A stretch of 64,000 nucleotides of DNA from Eukaryota sp. GEM-RC1 (lineage: Eukaryota): positions 434,001 to 498,000 of the forward strand of contig JAUFOQ010000013.1 in the NCBI GenBank assembly GCA_040285855.1, given 5' to 3'. How positions within the stretch are numbered: the first letter of the stretch is position 1; every line of letters begins with the position of its first letter. Below, piece by piece: positions 12,398 to 25,260 of the stretch. The notes below the pieces were generated by a model. That model was given only the letters and a program-made list of their open reading frames with translations. It was not told the DNA's origin and searched no databases. The translations under genes and the position numbers were made by a program.

Positions 12398-13580
12398 TTT
12401 AATTGGTCATTGATTATTGGCAATGATTGATACGTATCTTACTCGCAGCTTAAAAATTGAATGTCTTACAAACTGTTATGTAGTTCTTTCATCAACTATG
12501 CTTCTCCTCATTGTAACTGAAGAAATGACGCTGTATAAATGTAATAAAATTTCCATCACTTTTAAACAGTGTTAATACCATAGGTGTCAAAGTAGAAACT
12601 CAAGATTATCAACATTACTAATTTTTAGAAATCTCTGCACCTGTAAAACATCGAGTTATACTCCTAAACAATCACGGGAGTTCTTTTTCTATTTTCTTGA
12701 AATACAGTTTGTTGTGATTCTGTGAGTTAAATACGGTATATTCTCTTTCTTCTGTGTTCCAATATTGTAACTACGATACACATGAGTATCAGAAGCAGTA
12801 TTCAAGATTAAAGTAAAATAGAAGAATGTACTCCTTCATTATTTAAAATTAGTTCCGTAACTTGATCTGGTGCCTGTTAATATCGAATGATATTGGTTCT
12901 TGTGTTAAATTCAAAACAATGAAGATTCAAAGTTGTTAGTTAATTTTCCATTAGGACATCAACAAATAATTTTACAGTAAACGGTTTAATTTGTCTGGAT
13001 CATACTAATTAAAATCCCGACTAATTTGCATATATTTTTAATAGTCTGGATCACTAAGTGTAAGTCATGAAATTAATTGGTCTGAATTTTGGTTGATGGA
13101 CAAGAATCATAACAAACTCAAATTCTATGTCCTTATACCTCAATAACATATTCATCATCACCAACTTCATCACTGTTGGGTCAACTATCAGTCTTGCCAC
13201 CATTGAATTCTTCTTGATAGTTTGTAACGATTTCCTGTAGCTGAGGCTTCAACAAGGTGAACGGCAGGTTCGTCGTCCAGTGAAATATCGTCCTCTTGTT
13301 CTTGAAACGGAGGTCTTTGTGATCGAATTCTCCCGAAACCATTTAAGATAGAGAACCATGTGATGCGGAATTTAAATGACAACTCAATAGCAGCAATACG
13401 GCACCAATCTTTTACTGAATTTGTTGGAGATGTTGTTCAAAATCCAGACAAGATATCATAAAATTGAACATTTTTTATTTTACTTCTTATCGAGATTAGG
13501 GCTATGATTTTATGAGACCTTTCTTAACAAAGAACTGGTTGAGAGAGTTGACCAAAATTGAAATTAAATCACTTCTAAAC

Positions 13581-14473
13581 ATGGACTGCTTCGTTTGTTG
13601 TGAATCGTTCAATCTCTCTAACCGTGTTCCCCTGCTAATCTGCTGTGAAGGACATACTTGTTGTTCTGAGTGTTCAGAGTCCTTGAATCAATGTCCCCTT
13701 TGTCGTAGCGATTGTCTTGAAGAGCGGAAGGTAAATTTGGTAATTATGACCAATCATTTTTGATTGAAGAAAATGAATCTTTGAAAACTAAAGTTGATGA
13801 ACTCAGTGATGAAGTTTTGAACCTGAAACGTGAGAATTCTGCACTTTTCAATCAAATTCAAAGTATTTCTACTCTGAACAATGAGCTTCATGACAAGGGA
13901 AAGTCATATAACCAACAAATTTTAAATTTGGAAACCGACAATCACCTCTTAAGAGACGAAAATGAACGTCTAAAATCTCAAATTTTAAAATTCAACTCTC
14001 ATAATAATGAAAATTCGCACAAAGCTATTGCACCATCTTGTTCCGGAAGTTCTCAAGGTTTAATTCCAAAGCCAAAAAAGAAATTACAACAAGAAATACC
14101 TGTAAAAAGGGAAGTAAAAAGTAATTATGAAATTGATTTGAGTAAGTTAAAACCTAGATTGAGGGAGGTTTTGGAAGAAATGAGGAATGGGTCTGTTAGT
14201 GAGGTTAGACTGACCAACGATCCTTGGAATTCTAAGAATGAACATATTGGTAATGATGGTGCCATTGCATTGGCTGATGCTTTGAAGGTGAATTCCACTG
14301 TTACTAAGATTAATCTTGAGTGTAACTCTATTGGTACTGAAGGTGCCATTGCATTGGCTGATGCTTTGAAGGTGAATTCCACTGTTACTAAGATTAGTCT
14401 TAGTAGTAACTCTATTGACTCTGAGACTAAAGAACTCATCAAAAGAATCTCAAATAATCGAATCATATGCTAA
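13581..14473 (+). CDS. RING finger - coiled coil - LRR protein (kinase-less paralog of 51345..53047)
   Basis: CxxC..CxxGHxxCxxC..CPxC RING; 28-aa GAIALADALKVNSTVT LRRs; one missing T near 13737 fuses KVNF-GNYDQSFLIEE. Confidence 0.8.
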
Positions 14474-15618
14474 TTCTCTTTTGTTAACTCACTACGTGTC
14501 ACTTGATGATGTTGACTTCTTGGATCATCATTTTCTTTCTGTAGTATTGTTAGATTATTGTATAAAATTTACAAAGTTCATTTCCATACAAAAATCTTCC
14601 TGGAATTTGTAAATACATGTCTGTTTTTGATATCATCAAACCATTTAATGATGTTTCATTATACTGTTCTCTTTTAGACAAGATATTGGCCCATAAAAGT
14701 GGCTTTTTTTTACACAAGGCCAAAATTCAGTATTGATGCATTCAAAAGACATCGGGAACAAATGGCTTTAGCCATCATTTTTCGGAACTTAAATTTCTAC
14801 ACCACCAAAGCCAAGTTAAAAGTCTTATCTATTTTCATAAAGTGTCATTCTTTCTCGCAAGTTTTTGCGGTCAAAATTTTGTAGAAGAGTTTATGCGAAA
14901 ACTAATATATTCAGCTATTTACAAGTTCTAAATTTGACAATTAGTAGTACATGAATTGTTTTTCCCTTAATGTGGTCATTTTGCGACGGAATCCCATTTA
15001 GAGTGTATTAAAGTTCTTTCAAACACTTTACAATCATTGCTTAATTATGGTAAACAATCCATAAAAACGGCCAAGTGAACGAGATTCGACTGGGTGATTG
15101 TCCATATCTTCACTTTCTGAGATCTTAACGCAACCATCACTATATCACAGGATTTACTAGAAGATTCTTTTTCATACTAGTGGAAATCCCCTAACAAAAT
15201 TCTGAGTACAATGGAAACTTTCCTCTTGGCAGTAACTATGAGTCATAAAAGACTTCGCGGATTCAAAAATTAATTAATGACAAAAGGAATGACAAACAAA
15301 CTGAAAGTCTAGGATCTAATTCCTCAGTAAAAAGTAAAGAGCTGAAAACAACTTCAATCAGTTCTTAAACTGGATAATTGGTCTAGTTGGAGCTAAACAA
15401 CAATAGAGTGAAGATGATGCAAATGAAGTCAAATGTTGGTTAGTGTGTCGTAAATATTTTAAAAATGCCATAGAAATCGAGACTTCAATAGCTATTTGAA
15501 TCTTCAGTTGTACTCACCTTCTGCTGAAAATAGTTTCTTTCTTGTTTCTTCACGGAACGGAATGGAAGATGACAAAAGTAAAATAATTTAAATAAATATA
15601 TAAAATCATCCTAAATTT

Positions 15619-16617
15619 TTAAATTTGTTTAACCGCAAACTCTTCTAAATATCCATCACTAGAACAAGAGTTCTCACAGGTAAACACAAAAACACCTTCA
15701 AAGTCAACCCCCGCTAAATTACCAATATAAATAATTGATGGTAATATTTGAAATTCAAAAACTCTTTTACCACCACAGTTTTCACACTTAGGTACTTCTG
15801 GTAAACTAAAACTAGAACTAGAAATCAGAGGTTCTTCATCTCGATGATACCGTAGTATTTGTTCAGGAAATCTAGCTATCCTAGTGGAGAATTCTACAAA
15901 AGCTTCATCAACCTCTACCCCTTTGCTCTTAGAAACCTCTTCAAACTCTTTCATTTCATGCTGATCCATTTCCTCATACTCTGCACACTCACCACCTTCA
16001 TCTTCTGAAGGTTCGTCTTCACATTGAATGAAGGATTCTGTGAGTAGGAAGGTAGTGGAGATCTTGGGGGTAGGGGAGGGTTCTCCACACGCGTGTTGAC
16101 GACGTGACCAATCACATTGCTGATGGTGGGGCGAGCAGTACCAGATAGTCTTGAAACGAGGACAAGGGTGGTCAGCTACTGCTCCACAGAGGTAGCATAG
16201 ATGAGAGTCAATCTGAGTTAGAGGTTGAGTTTCTGAGGTAGGAGGAAGTTCGGAATAGAAGGGATTGACTTTGGGAAGTTGAGATCTGAAGACTTTGATG
16301 GAAGATTGCAGAGTTTGACAAGCAGGGGTTGTGCAGAGGAAGACGTAGATCATTCGGTGAAATGAAGGAGAATCTTCATCTTGATCTAGGGGAGTGTAAA
16401 GTTGGAAGAGAAATAGTAGAGGAAAAGAGCATGTGGGGCATTTTAAAGAGTTTTTGCTAGGGGAGATTGCAGGGTAGAAGCCATGCAGGTTTTCCACCAA
16501 TTTTGAAGGGAAATGTTGGCGTTCATAGAGATAAATTTCGCTACTGGGCAGTTGTTCAAGAAACCCTACACTACAAGGACATTCATCTGATGATAACTGG
16601 TCATCAATGATGCTCAT
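15619..16617 (-). CDS. PDCD2: Programmed cell death protein 2 (MYND-type Zn finger + PDCD2_C)
   Basis: FQLYTPL, FHRMIYVFLC, WYCSPHHQQCDW, PEQILRY, CENCGGKRVFEFQILP. Confidence 0.9.
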   Translation of the reverse strand: MSIIDDQLSSDECPCSVGFLEQLPSSEIYLYERQHFPSKLVENLHGFYPAISPSKNSLKCPTCSFPLLFLFQLYTPLDQDEDSPSFHRMIYVFLCTTPACQTLQSSIKVFRSQLPKVNPFYSELPPTSETQPLTQIDSHLCYLCGAVADHPCPRFKTIWYCSPHHQQCDWSRRQHACGEPSPTPKISTTFLLTESFIQCEDEPSEDEGGECAEYEEMDQHEMKEFEEVSKSKGVEVDEAFVEFSTRIARFPEQILRYHRDEEPLISSSSFSLPEVPKCENCGGKRVFEFQILPSIIYIGNLAGVDFEGVFVFTCENSCSSDGYLEEFAVKQI

Positions 16618-16712
16618 TGGTTTGAGTGTGAGGTTTGAGAGCAAACAGTTTTTCAAACAGAAAGAAATTCTGTGTCACTTCAACTTCACCAACAACTACT
16701 AATAGTCTCTTA

Positions 16713-17934
16713 ATGTCTGACAATCCTCCAGAACCTTCCTCTGATGAAGTCATAGTCAAGGAATATCCCATCTACGTTTTCAAAAGTCCACCCCAACACC
16801 AAACAGTATTGTTCGGTTCGAATCTTCTTTGCTCCTAAAACCGAATCTCCTCTCTCCTCTGCTACCATGGGTAACACTCTCGCTCTCCACAATCGTCGAT
16901 GTATCTCTGAATGGAAAGACAGAGCTACTGGAAAAATCTCACGCCGAACTCACAACGATTTCTTTCTATACAACCCCAACGATCCCTCTAAAGTGTATTC
17001 AGGATCAGAAATCCTCAACCCAAGTGGTCACGTCATTTTAGCTCAATCACGTGCTGCTGGGGGTTATCTATCCATCCCTATAGATAACTGGTATAGTTTC
17101 AGAAAGAAACAAGGAGGTTTACCTAAGGGAGATGTTGTGGAGGAGCAGGAGGAGCAGCAAACTAAGGAGAAGGGTCGGAATGTAATTGCTAGTCGTAAGA
17201 AAGTGACTGAAGTAGAGGAAGGATATGAACTGACATCATTTGGAAGACAAGTCAAGAAAAGTCAATCACATAAGTCTGGTGTCCAACATACTTATAACGA
17301 TCCTGGTGAGGACTTGGACTTTGACATTACTTTTGATGACGACGATGAAATAGCTGAGAAGGACTTAGAGAAAGACTCTGGAATCAAGAGCTTTGAAGAG
17401 ATGTTCGAGGAGAACGAAGATGATGAGAGAAGACGAGAGGACTTTGAGAGGTTTGAAGAACATCGAAGGACAGGATCTCGAAAGGAGTTGCCTTCTGGAG
17501 AGTTGGATACGGAAAAAGATGTGGAGAGCTATGTATCTTCAGTTACGAAGGATAATCTCGACATCAACACCACTACCAACATTGACATTGGTACCAAGAG
17601 AACTTCTGGAAGGTCAGGAGTTCCTTCAGCTAAGAAGTCAAAGACAGAGGAGAAACAACCGCATCCTCAAGCAGTTAGAGCTGCTAGAGTTAGGTATACT
17701 CCTTCATATACACCTACTGAAGAGGATATAACTAGAGAGATTTCAGCTACCAAGACTCAGAGTATGACAGTGAAGGAGCTTCGTAGTATTTTTAATCCTT
17801 GTTTTGAAGGGATTTCTCCTGAAGATGAGTCTGCGAAAGCTAGGGCGCTGATTCATTTGTTCAATACTGTTTGTCGAAAGGTTAAGCATAATGGTAAGAC
17901 CACTTTGGTGTTGAAAGCTAAAGTTGAAGGTTGA
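16713..17934 (+). CDS. TFIIF large subunit (RAP74/Tfg1)-like
   Basis: KEYPI N-terminus, IPIDNWYSF motif, acidic middle, C-terminal winged-helix-like TEEDI..MTVKEL..LVLK; one frameshift near 16830. Confidence 0.65.
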
Positions 17935-18651
17935 TTGAGTGTGATTAGGAGATGAGAGTTTTGATTGATTGGTGTATATTGACGTGTTTTGATGTTGTAT
18001 ATGATTACATTCTTGATTGAGTTTTTAGGAAGTTGTTGGATGAGTTCTGATTTCTCTTGATGATGAACATGTCTTTGTTTTTCAGGTATTTTGACAGATA
18101 AACCGAATTTTCATTAGAATAATCATTATTTTAAATATAGACTTTTTTTAAATAACTTTTAATACGGCTTTTGAAAATGATGTGATTTAGTTCTGTTTCT
18201 GACTGAATTTCACAAGTGACAGGTAGGAAGAAGTTACAACTCTATCGGTATGTATGTTTTGTTCAAAGATTAATATTGTTGTCTGAGAAAATATGTTGTG
18301 AAAATTCAAATCATATTCTAATGGATTGTTTTGAATGAAACTACATGTACATGTAGTACTAGTAGTAAGTAGTTCTATTGTTGTATTCATTTACATGTTT
18401 TAATCATGTTTATTTAAGAAGATCCGCAGATTATATTAAAAATTACGGTTTTCACGGTAAAACGTAATTTCACTCCCCTACAGTGTGTATGTACTGGAAC
18501 TTTTCCAACAAATTTAAAAATTGCAGTAATCAGTGAGGGAGACCATTTATTTTTCCTTCCCACCATTCAAAAACTTAGAAATAATAAGATTCGGAATGAA
18601 TCATCAAAAATGTAATTATTTAATTTTATATAGTATACATAATTAAAAAAT

Positions 18652-21000
18652 CTACAAGTATTTAATTCCAGGATTCCTAAGCTGAGTTTGATTGATAAAG
18701 TCAAGAACAGTCCTGTAATAACTTACGACAACTTTCTTGGAGTTACCATCGGTCTTCCACATTGTCAGAAATTCTAAATACAATGGACAACCTGGATAAT
18801 AATCATAAGACTGGATATTCCTGGTAAGTCCTTGATTCGGAGAAGGTCGTCCGTAAGTAAGAATACGCTGGATTCCAGGTATTAACAAATCTCTGAAATC
18901 AATCACGGATGAGGGACGATCATCTCGACCCTCAAAGATCATGTCCATCAAATCACTATTCATGAATAATTCAATCAACCTGGTTTCGTCAACTTTACAA
19001 TGTCTAACATGAGGTAATTTGGTGGGAGATGAAATGTCATAAGTAACAGCGGGACAAATTGATGATAAAAAATTTGTTAGATTTTTGACCATTCTAGACC
19101 TACAAAGCTTTGAGGTATTTCTTGTGGAGTAGCGTGTTATACACGTAGAACAACAGTAACATAGTTTAGCCTTGGAGTCATTTAACTCCTTCTTTGTATA
19201 ATGAGCTTTGAAAACTTTGATTAATTGGCGTAATCGCATCATTGTTATTGTAGTTACTCCTCTTAAAAGCAACCAACCACACTTTCCTAAAAAGAACAAA
19301 ACAAACCGTAATAATTGAAATATTCCTTTGAATGTCGACCGGAAACATCTTCCTAAAAAGACCAGAACAAAGTTTAATAATTGAAATATTCCTTTGAAAG
19401 TCGACCGGAAACATCTTCCTAATAAGACCAAAACAAAGTTTAATAATTGAAATATTCCTTTGAAAGTCGACCAAGAACACCTTAAGAAAAAGAACAAAAC
19501 AAATTTAAATAATTTAAATATTCCTGTGACTGTCGACCAAGAACATCTTCCTAGCAGGGTGACAACCAATTTTAAGAACTGAATATCTAGCGAAAATGAA
19601 GTTCTGGATGTAATTGTAGTCACATGGGGAGATTTAAAAAGAACAGATTTACTATCAATGCGAGTAACTTGTTTGTTAGTTTTTTGGAAAGAATTGATTG
19701 GCGTTTTCGTTAAAAATTGGTTTTTAATTGAAACATTCATGTTTTTAAACAATACAATTTTTGAAAAATCATCGGTTTTGGCCGTGACTATAAATGATCT
19801 ATCAAATGACAACTTTTTGATTGCATCTACTTTTTCTGAATTAAAATTAACATAACTAGCCAATGAATTAGCTGCCAATGTAAAGAAATACACGGGATAA
19901 GTTTCCACATTCCTAAGAGCAATCATATTCTTAAGCACGGCAACTTGAGCTCTTTCCCCAAGAGACTGAACAGCGTTCATCAGATTTGATAGGCATGACG
20001 TGACTATGATTTGTGGGGCAGAGGAGGAAATAACAGACATGATTTCTGCATTGGAAGCATCAGATAGAATAACAAAGAGAAGACGTGCAAAGAGAGGAAG
20101 GTATTCAGAAAGATGATCAGAAGGAGTAAGTGCTTTAGATTCAGCCGAAAGTATGGCATCAGTATCATGAAGATCACAACAGTAAGGATGCACGTTGGTA
20201 ATCCAAGAAGAATGTCTACTGGAGAAGATATGGATGTCAAGGAAAGGGAATGATCGAGATGATGGTGAGATAAGGGGCGTTGGAGAAGAGAGAAAGACAC
20301 AAGAGAGTTGTGGAGGTTGTGGGAACTGGGTGATCCTCTTCAGACATTTGCGATAGTAAGACAAAGCAATACAGAAAACAGAGATTGTGGTTTCAAACAA
20401 CTGGTTTTCAGGATCATTAGTTGGATTAATTGGAGTGAAACCATGAGCTTTGAAGACAGGAATGACCCCAGACAACGTATCAGATGAATCGTTTCCGATA
20501 GATGTTTTACGTGAAAGAACCTTTCTTGTAAATCTGAAGTAAGGAGCTATATCGAATGAATCTGTGAGAGAGATGCTGAATTGCTGCTGCAGTTTTTCGA
20601 AGTGGTTGATCTCCCCGTTGAATACTTTGGTGATGTTTGGTTGTAGTAGAATAGAACGCATGGATTCAGGGATCTTACATCCAGAGATATTGATAACTAG
20701 CACCACACAAGTTGTAGATAACAGTAGAGTGTTGATACCATCAGTTTCATAAGCAACAAGGGAAATGAAGGGATAATCACGAGAAATACTGTTTCTCAAA
20801 CTGGTGATACATCGAGAGATATCAGTGGAAGCATCACGTACAGAAATAACCTTAACAGAAAGTGGTGGAAGTTCATGAACGTATTGCAGTCTATGCGATG
20901 ACCAAACATCTTTAACAACAGCAGAACTATGCAGAACTATGTAGTCATCACTATCGGAATCAGATTCATCGTAGGACTGGGATGAGTCTTTTGGTGCCAT
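18652..21000 (-). CDS. Degenerate 3'-5' exonuclease-like family protein, intact 782 aa copy
   Basis: Single ORF; exonuclease-like N-terminus, 22-aa repeats, CYCCSTC C-terminal domain. Confidence 0.8.
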   Translation of the reverse strand: MAPKDSSQSYDESDSDSDDYIVLHSSAVVKDVWSSHRLQYVHELPPLSVKVISVRDASTDISRCITSLRNSISRDYPFISLVAYETDGINTLLLSTTCVVLVINISGCKIPESMRSILLQPNITKVFNGEINHFEKLQQQFSISLTDSFDIAPYFRFTRKVLSRKTSIGNDSSDTLSGVIPVFKAHGFTPINPTNDPENQLFETTISVFCIALSYYRKCLKRITQFPQPPQLSCVFLSSPTPLISPSSRSFPFLDIHIFSSRHSSWITNVHPYCCDLHDTDAILSAESKALTPSDHLSEYLPLFARLLFVILSDASNAEIMSVISSSAPQIIVTSCLSNLMNAVQSLGERAQVAVLKNMIALRNVETYPVYFFTLAANSLASYVNFNSEKVDAIKKLSFDRSFIVTAKTDDFSKIVLFKNMNVSIKNQFLTKTPINSFQKTNKQVTRIDSKSVLFKSPHVTTITSRTSFSLDIQFLKLVVTLLGRCSWSTVTGIFKLFKFVLFFFLRCSWSTFKGIFQLLNFVLVLLGRCFRSTFKGIFQLLNFVLVFLGRCFRSTFKGIFQLLRFVLFFLGKCGWLLLRGVTTITMMRLRQLIKVFKAHYTKKELNDSKAKLCYCCSTCITRYSTRNTSKLCRSRMVKNLTNFLSSICPAVTYDISSPTKLPHVRHCKVDETRLIELFMNSDLMDMIFEGRDDRPSSVIDFRDLLIPGIQRILTYGRPSPNQGLTRNIQSYDYYPGCPLYLEFLTMWKTDGNSKKVVVSYYRTVLDFINQTQLRNPGIKYL
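19285..19555 (-). repeat. 66-bp coding tandem repeat (about 4 units)
   Basis: TATTCCT recurs at 19321, 19387, 19453, 19519; encodes GRCFRSTFKGIFQLLNFVLVFL-like units. Confidence 0.9.
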
Positions 21001-21771
21001 TCCATTTAGAATTGAAATTATAAAATAAATTTTTCATTTTTCTTCAGAGGGTATTTGATTAGATTAATCCGAATTTTTTCTGAAGTGTATCGGACACCTC
21101 ACACCTTTACATTAGTGTCGCAGAAACATCGACATTTCACATGACACAATCATGTGAGTGCTTTTGGAGTTTCCTTTTAGGTAAATGCACCGGAAATCAA
21201 TCTGTTGTAGTGAAATACAACTTCTACTGTTGGCTATATTATTGGGCAATCTGCAGCTTCTTATACGAATAACGGTAGTACATTCTTCATCATTTATTTA
21301 TTAGTCCATCAATTTTAGCGATTTGAAAGAACTATTATTCAAATCGCACAGAAAAAATAGGTTTAATCGGGATTTATTTCAGTAGCTGCCCTAAGACGAT
21401 TTTTAACAGACATGTATTCGGTTAAAAATCATTTACCTTCTCAAAGAAAGTTTTCAAAACAAGTGAGGCAGTTTTTTACAGAGAGGCTTTCCTGTTCATT
21501 TCAAGTAATCAAAGTACAATCGCAATACTGTGATTAATTATTGATCAACTTTGAAACAGCAAGGAACTGCTATAATTATGTAGATCGTATTATTAAAAGA
21601 CACAAGTAATCCAACTATTTGGAGTAGCTTTTAGGACGATCAAATGTGTGAGTTATCTATAACTCCACATCTTGACGTCTGTTTCCTGGAACATGTGTAG
21701 AGAGATTCGAAAAATGGCAACGTTAAGTAATACCATTATAGTCCAATTAACATTATTTATATATACATGTA

Positions 21772-22709
21772 TCGTCGAGGTAATACAAGCAAGGTTCCAA
21801 TACAAGCAGGTCCTAATACAAGCATAGTAGAGGGTATGCTTGTATTGTTTCTCTTAGTAAACTCTAATGTTTCTTCAAAAAGCTCAGAACAGTGATATAA
21901 AACATCAGTAAGCCACATTGGAATTTTTCATTGATTTCACCTACCTACTGCTACATTCAACTCTTATAATTTCACACAATTCGTTCGCGTCAATTAGATA
22001 TGTCACTTTGTGTCAGATAACTTGTTGTACATAGTACATGTATCTATTAACAAACACGTGAACAAAATAATATAACATGTTCATCTATCAAACTATTGTT
22101 GAACGAACTTTGTTACTCTTTGTTGTTTTCTGCTCTTGACTCAATTTGTTACACTTATATTTCGTATTTTGTCGAATACAATCGTTGTTGAAGAAACAAT
22201 GACTTTACAAACACATCGTATACAAGACATCCTCAGAAATCAAATCTCTTTGATGGTTTCAAGAGTCTGTGTTTCACAATTTATTAACTAGATTCATGTG
22301 TATTATTAGAGAGTTGACTATGGTGAAAAATTGCAAAAGTAAGAAGAATTCCTGAGGGACCAGTTTGTTGCCGAAGATTTATTAGAGATGAAAGAAATGT
22401 AATCTCAATTGGCAGCTTAATAAGCACAATAACAGATGCTTTTTATATAGACACTTGAATGATCAAGAAATTGATGACAACGACATACTTTTGTTCATCT
22501 TTTGTTTAGCATTAGACGATCAAGATGGACTAGGATATTGAATGACAGAAAGTGGTTTGATATTCAATGTTGGTTCACTTATCGTGATCAATAGTTGTTC
22601 AGTCAAAAGTGAGTTTTGAGGGACCCTAATACAAGCAGGTTCCAATACAAGCATAGTAAAGGGTATGCTTGTATAGTATTTAAGGTTGCTTGTATTGGGA
22701 CCTCGACGA
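21772..22709. mobile_element. Non-autonomous Tc1/mariner/pogo-type DNA element
   Basis: TIR TCGTCGAGGT(CCC)AATACAAGCAA, TA on both flanks, multiple subterminal AATACAAGCA repeats. Confidence 0.8.
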
Positions 22710-22781
22710 TATTCTGAATTAGTAAGTATTGTTTCATTGTTGCAAAAAAAACCGTTATCTTTAATATTGTAAGTACATGTA

Positions 22782-23564
22782 CATTGGCGACAATAATTAG
22801 TCTCACTGAGACTAAATACGAAGTGAGACTATATGTGGTAGAGGACTATTAGTCTCACTGAGACTAATTGTGAAAGTTGATAATTGGTCTCACAAAAGTA
22901 TCCTTACCAACATACATATCAAGACCAATATATTGATTGGTTCTAATTCTACATTATCAATTATCTTCCTTCTATAATTTCTTCGTCCTGAAACACCAGT
23001 GACAATGATGAGAAATAGAGAAAATTGTCGTGTCAGTAGAAGTACAGTACAATGTAGAACCGATCAATTTATTACAACACAGAATATATATGCTACTACT
23101 TGAGAATTTGAACTACTAGTACATTGTACATACTTTTTTCAAAAATGAATGTTATGGTCCTACACTTATGATGTCAAGTAGATACCTCCATAATATCTGA
23201 ATTCTCACTTTCCTCACATTTTCACCATGGATCTCCTCCATCGAAGTAAAGTCGATTCATTTTGATAATTGTCTGCCAATCAACAGAGAGTTGATTCTCA
23301 TGAAAATGTCATGTTTCCCTCACATTTGTGAACGGTAAAATGGATATATAATATTGAACATTAATAGAAAGTAGAGCGTTTATTCTCTTTCTGTTACATA
23401 CACATAAATAAAACGACTTTTATTGGTCCCAAATCTGTCAACGTACTTAAACTGTTCATCGTTTCCGAACGTATTTGGAAAAATTGATTACCATCAATAG
23501 TCTCACTGAGACTAAACGCGAAGTGAGACTAAATGTCAACTGAGAGTAATTATTGTCGCCGGTC
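22782..23564. mobile_element. Non-autonomous TA-flanked DNA element
   Basis: TIR core GGCGACAATAATTA; TA flanks; palindrome TAGTCTCACTGAGACTA three times. Confidence 0.75.
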
Positions 23565-24688
23565 TACATGTAACATTATAATCACTGTAATACTTTAGAG
23601 AAGGGAATTGTCTTCCACTAACACTTAGTCATTCAATCGTTTGAATCAACCTTTCTACTGAATAGTGGAAGTATTACATGAATTCGTTCCAAGACTATGG
23701 GAGTGATATTAGTCTCTGTCAAGTGAAAACAACTGAGAAATGTGCTAGTACTAAATGATGTTCAGTTAGTCCTAATAAGTCAATGTCTCACCAATTTGTA
23801 GGATGATTCTTTCGTTAAATGTTGAATGTTCAAACAATTTTGAGTTTACTATAACAGATCTGTTATTCATTGTTATTCCGTGATAAATACATTCTTTTAC
23901 ATTCTATCAGTATGTAACTGTTGTGTTTATGTCCATGAAAGTCTAATTCAAGTGTTGATTGATTAGTATTCAGTTTTCAAGTAGAGTGAGTAGTACTCGA
24001 GTTCTATCCCCTTTCTTCTTGAGAGACGATCAAATGATGCACTTACAAGTCCATCGAATGATTGCTTTCTTGACCCATTGCAGTCCACTCAACTTCCTTT
24101 GATTGTATGATTTAGCCTATTTCAACATAAGATGGTCTTTAACACTCGGGTGACACTCCACAACCATGACAGGCTTGCATTTCTTGCAGATCTATCTGCA
24201 TTTGCCTTCTTTGAAGTATTAAGAAATACATGTACTAGAAGTAGCTGATCTGGATTAGATTATTGTAAAGTAGGAAATACGGTAACAGAAAAACAATCGT
24301 TATTTCTCATTCATCGCAAGATATACATTCACTCGCAAGTGGTCAGCTAGGATTTTTACATCCTCAATCAATCTCACTGCAATACTTACAAATTTAAAGT
24401 ACTTCAGACAGTATTTGGTAGTGGTTTACAGTATGATAAGTGTTTAAGTAGTAATCTACGAGACAGATTACTACAAAGTCATTTGATAGACCAAATGGTC
24501 GATTGTAAAAAACCAGTCCAAAGAGTGTATAGATTATTTGAATGATCGCTCCTTGCTGTGTAAGACTTTGAGTCGAGTATCTGCTAGTATCAACGTGAAG
24601 AACAGACATTAAGTTGTAAATGAACCTGTTGGAGCTCCAAAAGATATCCTGTTCAAAATCATACTAAATTTCCATTTCTCTCGACACC

Positions 24689-25260
24689 ATGGATAACGTA
24701 ACAGATACCGAACAGGGAGGACTGTCACAACACCTCAGAAACCAAAACCAAGAATCCGTACGTGTACATGGCTATTCTGTTGGCTGCTCCTCTGCTTGCG
24801 TTATTCGTCCTAACCGTGAATAATAGAGCGACCTGGTGGTCCTTTGTCATCTCTATATTCCCAATTGTTTCGGAAATTACAATTGGCGTAAATATTGCTG
24901 ATAAGAACTTTCAGCATGCTCCAATGAAGACTATCATCATGCTTCTTCTTTGCAAGTTTGGGTCGTGGCTTATATGGCTTGTAAGCATTCTCCAACTTCA
25001 AATGCGTTATCGCAATGCAACAATTACTAACATGGATATCTATGAAATCTTACATGTTGTTTTCTTATTTTTATGGACGCTTGCCCTAATCCTGAGTTGG
25101 CGTGCTCTGAATGGTGAAGATACAGTTACAAAACTAAAGAATGTGGTTGGGCTGTTATCCCACTTTTTCAGTGTTGTACTGGCGGAATTGCTGGCATCAT
25201 AGGTCTGCGGTTTGCTAGTTTGTATATATTTACACTGAATGTGGACACTGATGAGCTGTG
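24689..25260 (+). CDS. Small multi-pass membrane protein, copy 1 (frameshifted or decayed ends)
   Basis: 4-5 hydrophobic segments; close paralog of 26775..27336. Confidence 0.55.

Noticed and set aside
13188..13382. Short ORF as a transposase C-terminus
   Set aside because: No diagnostic motif I can support
13731..13769. GTAAAT...GAAG intron joining RING to coiled coil
   Set aside because: Splicing leaves the wrong frame and the segment aligns with coding sequence in the paralog
21780..23530. CRISPR-like array from AATACAAGCA and TAGTCTCACTGAGACTA repeats
   Set aside because: Irregular spacing, no unique equal-length spacers, no cas genes; explained as transposon subterminal repeats
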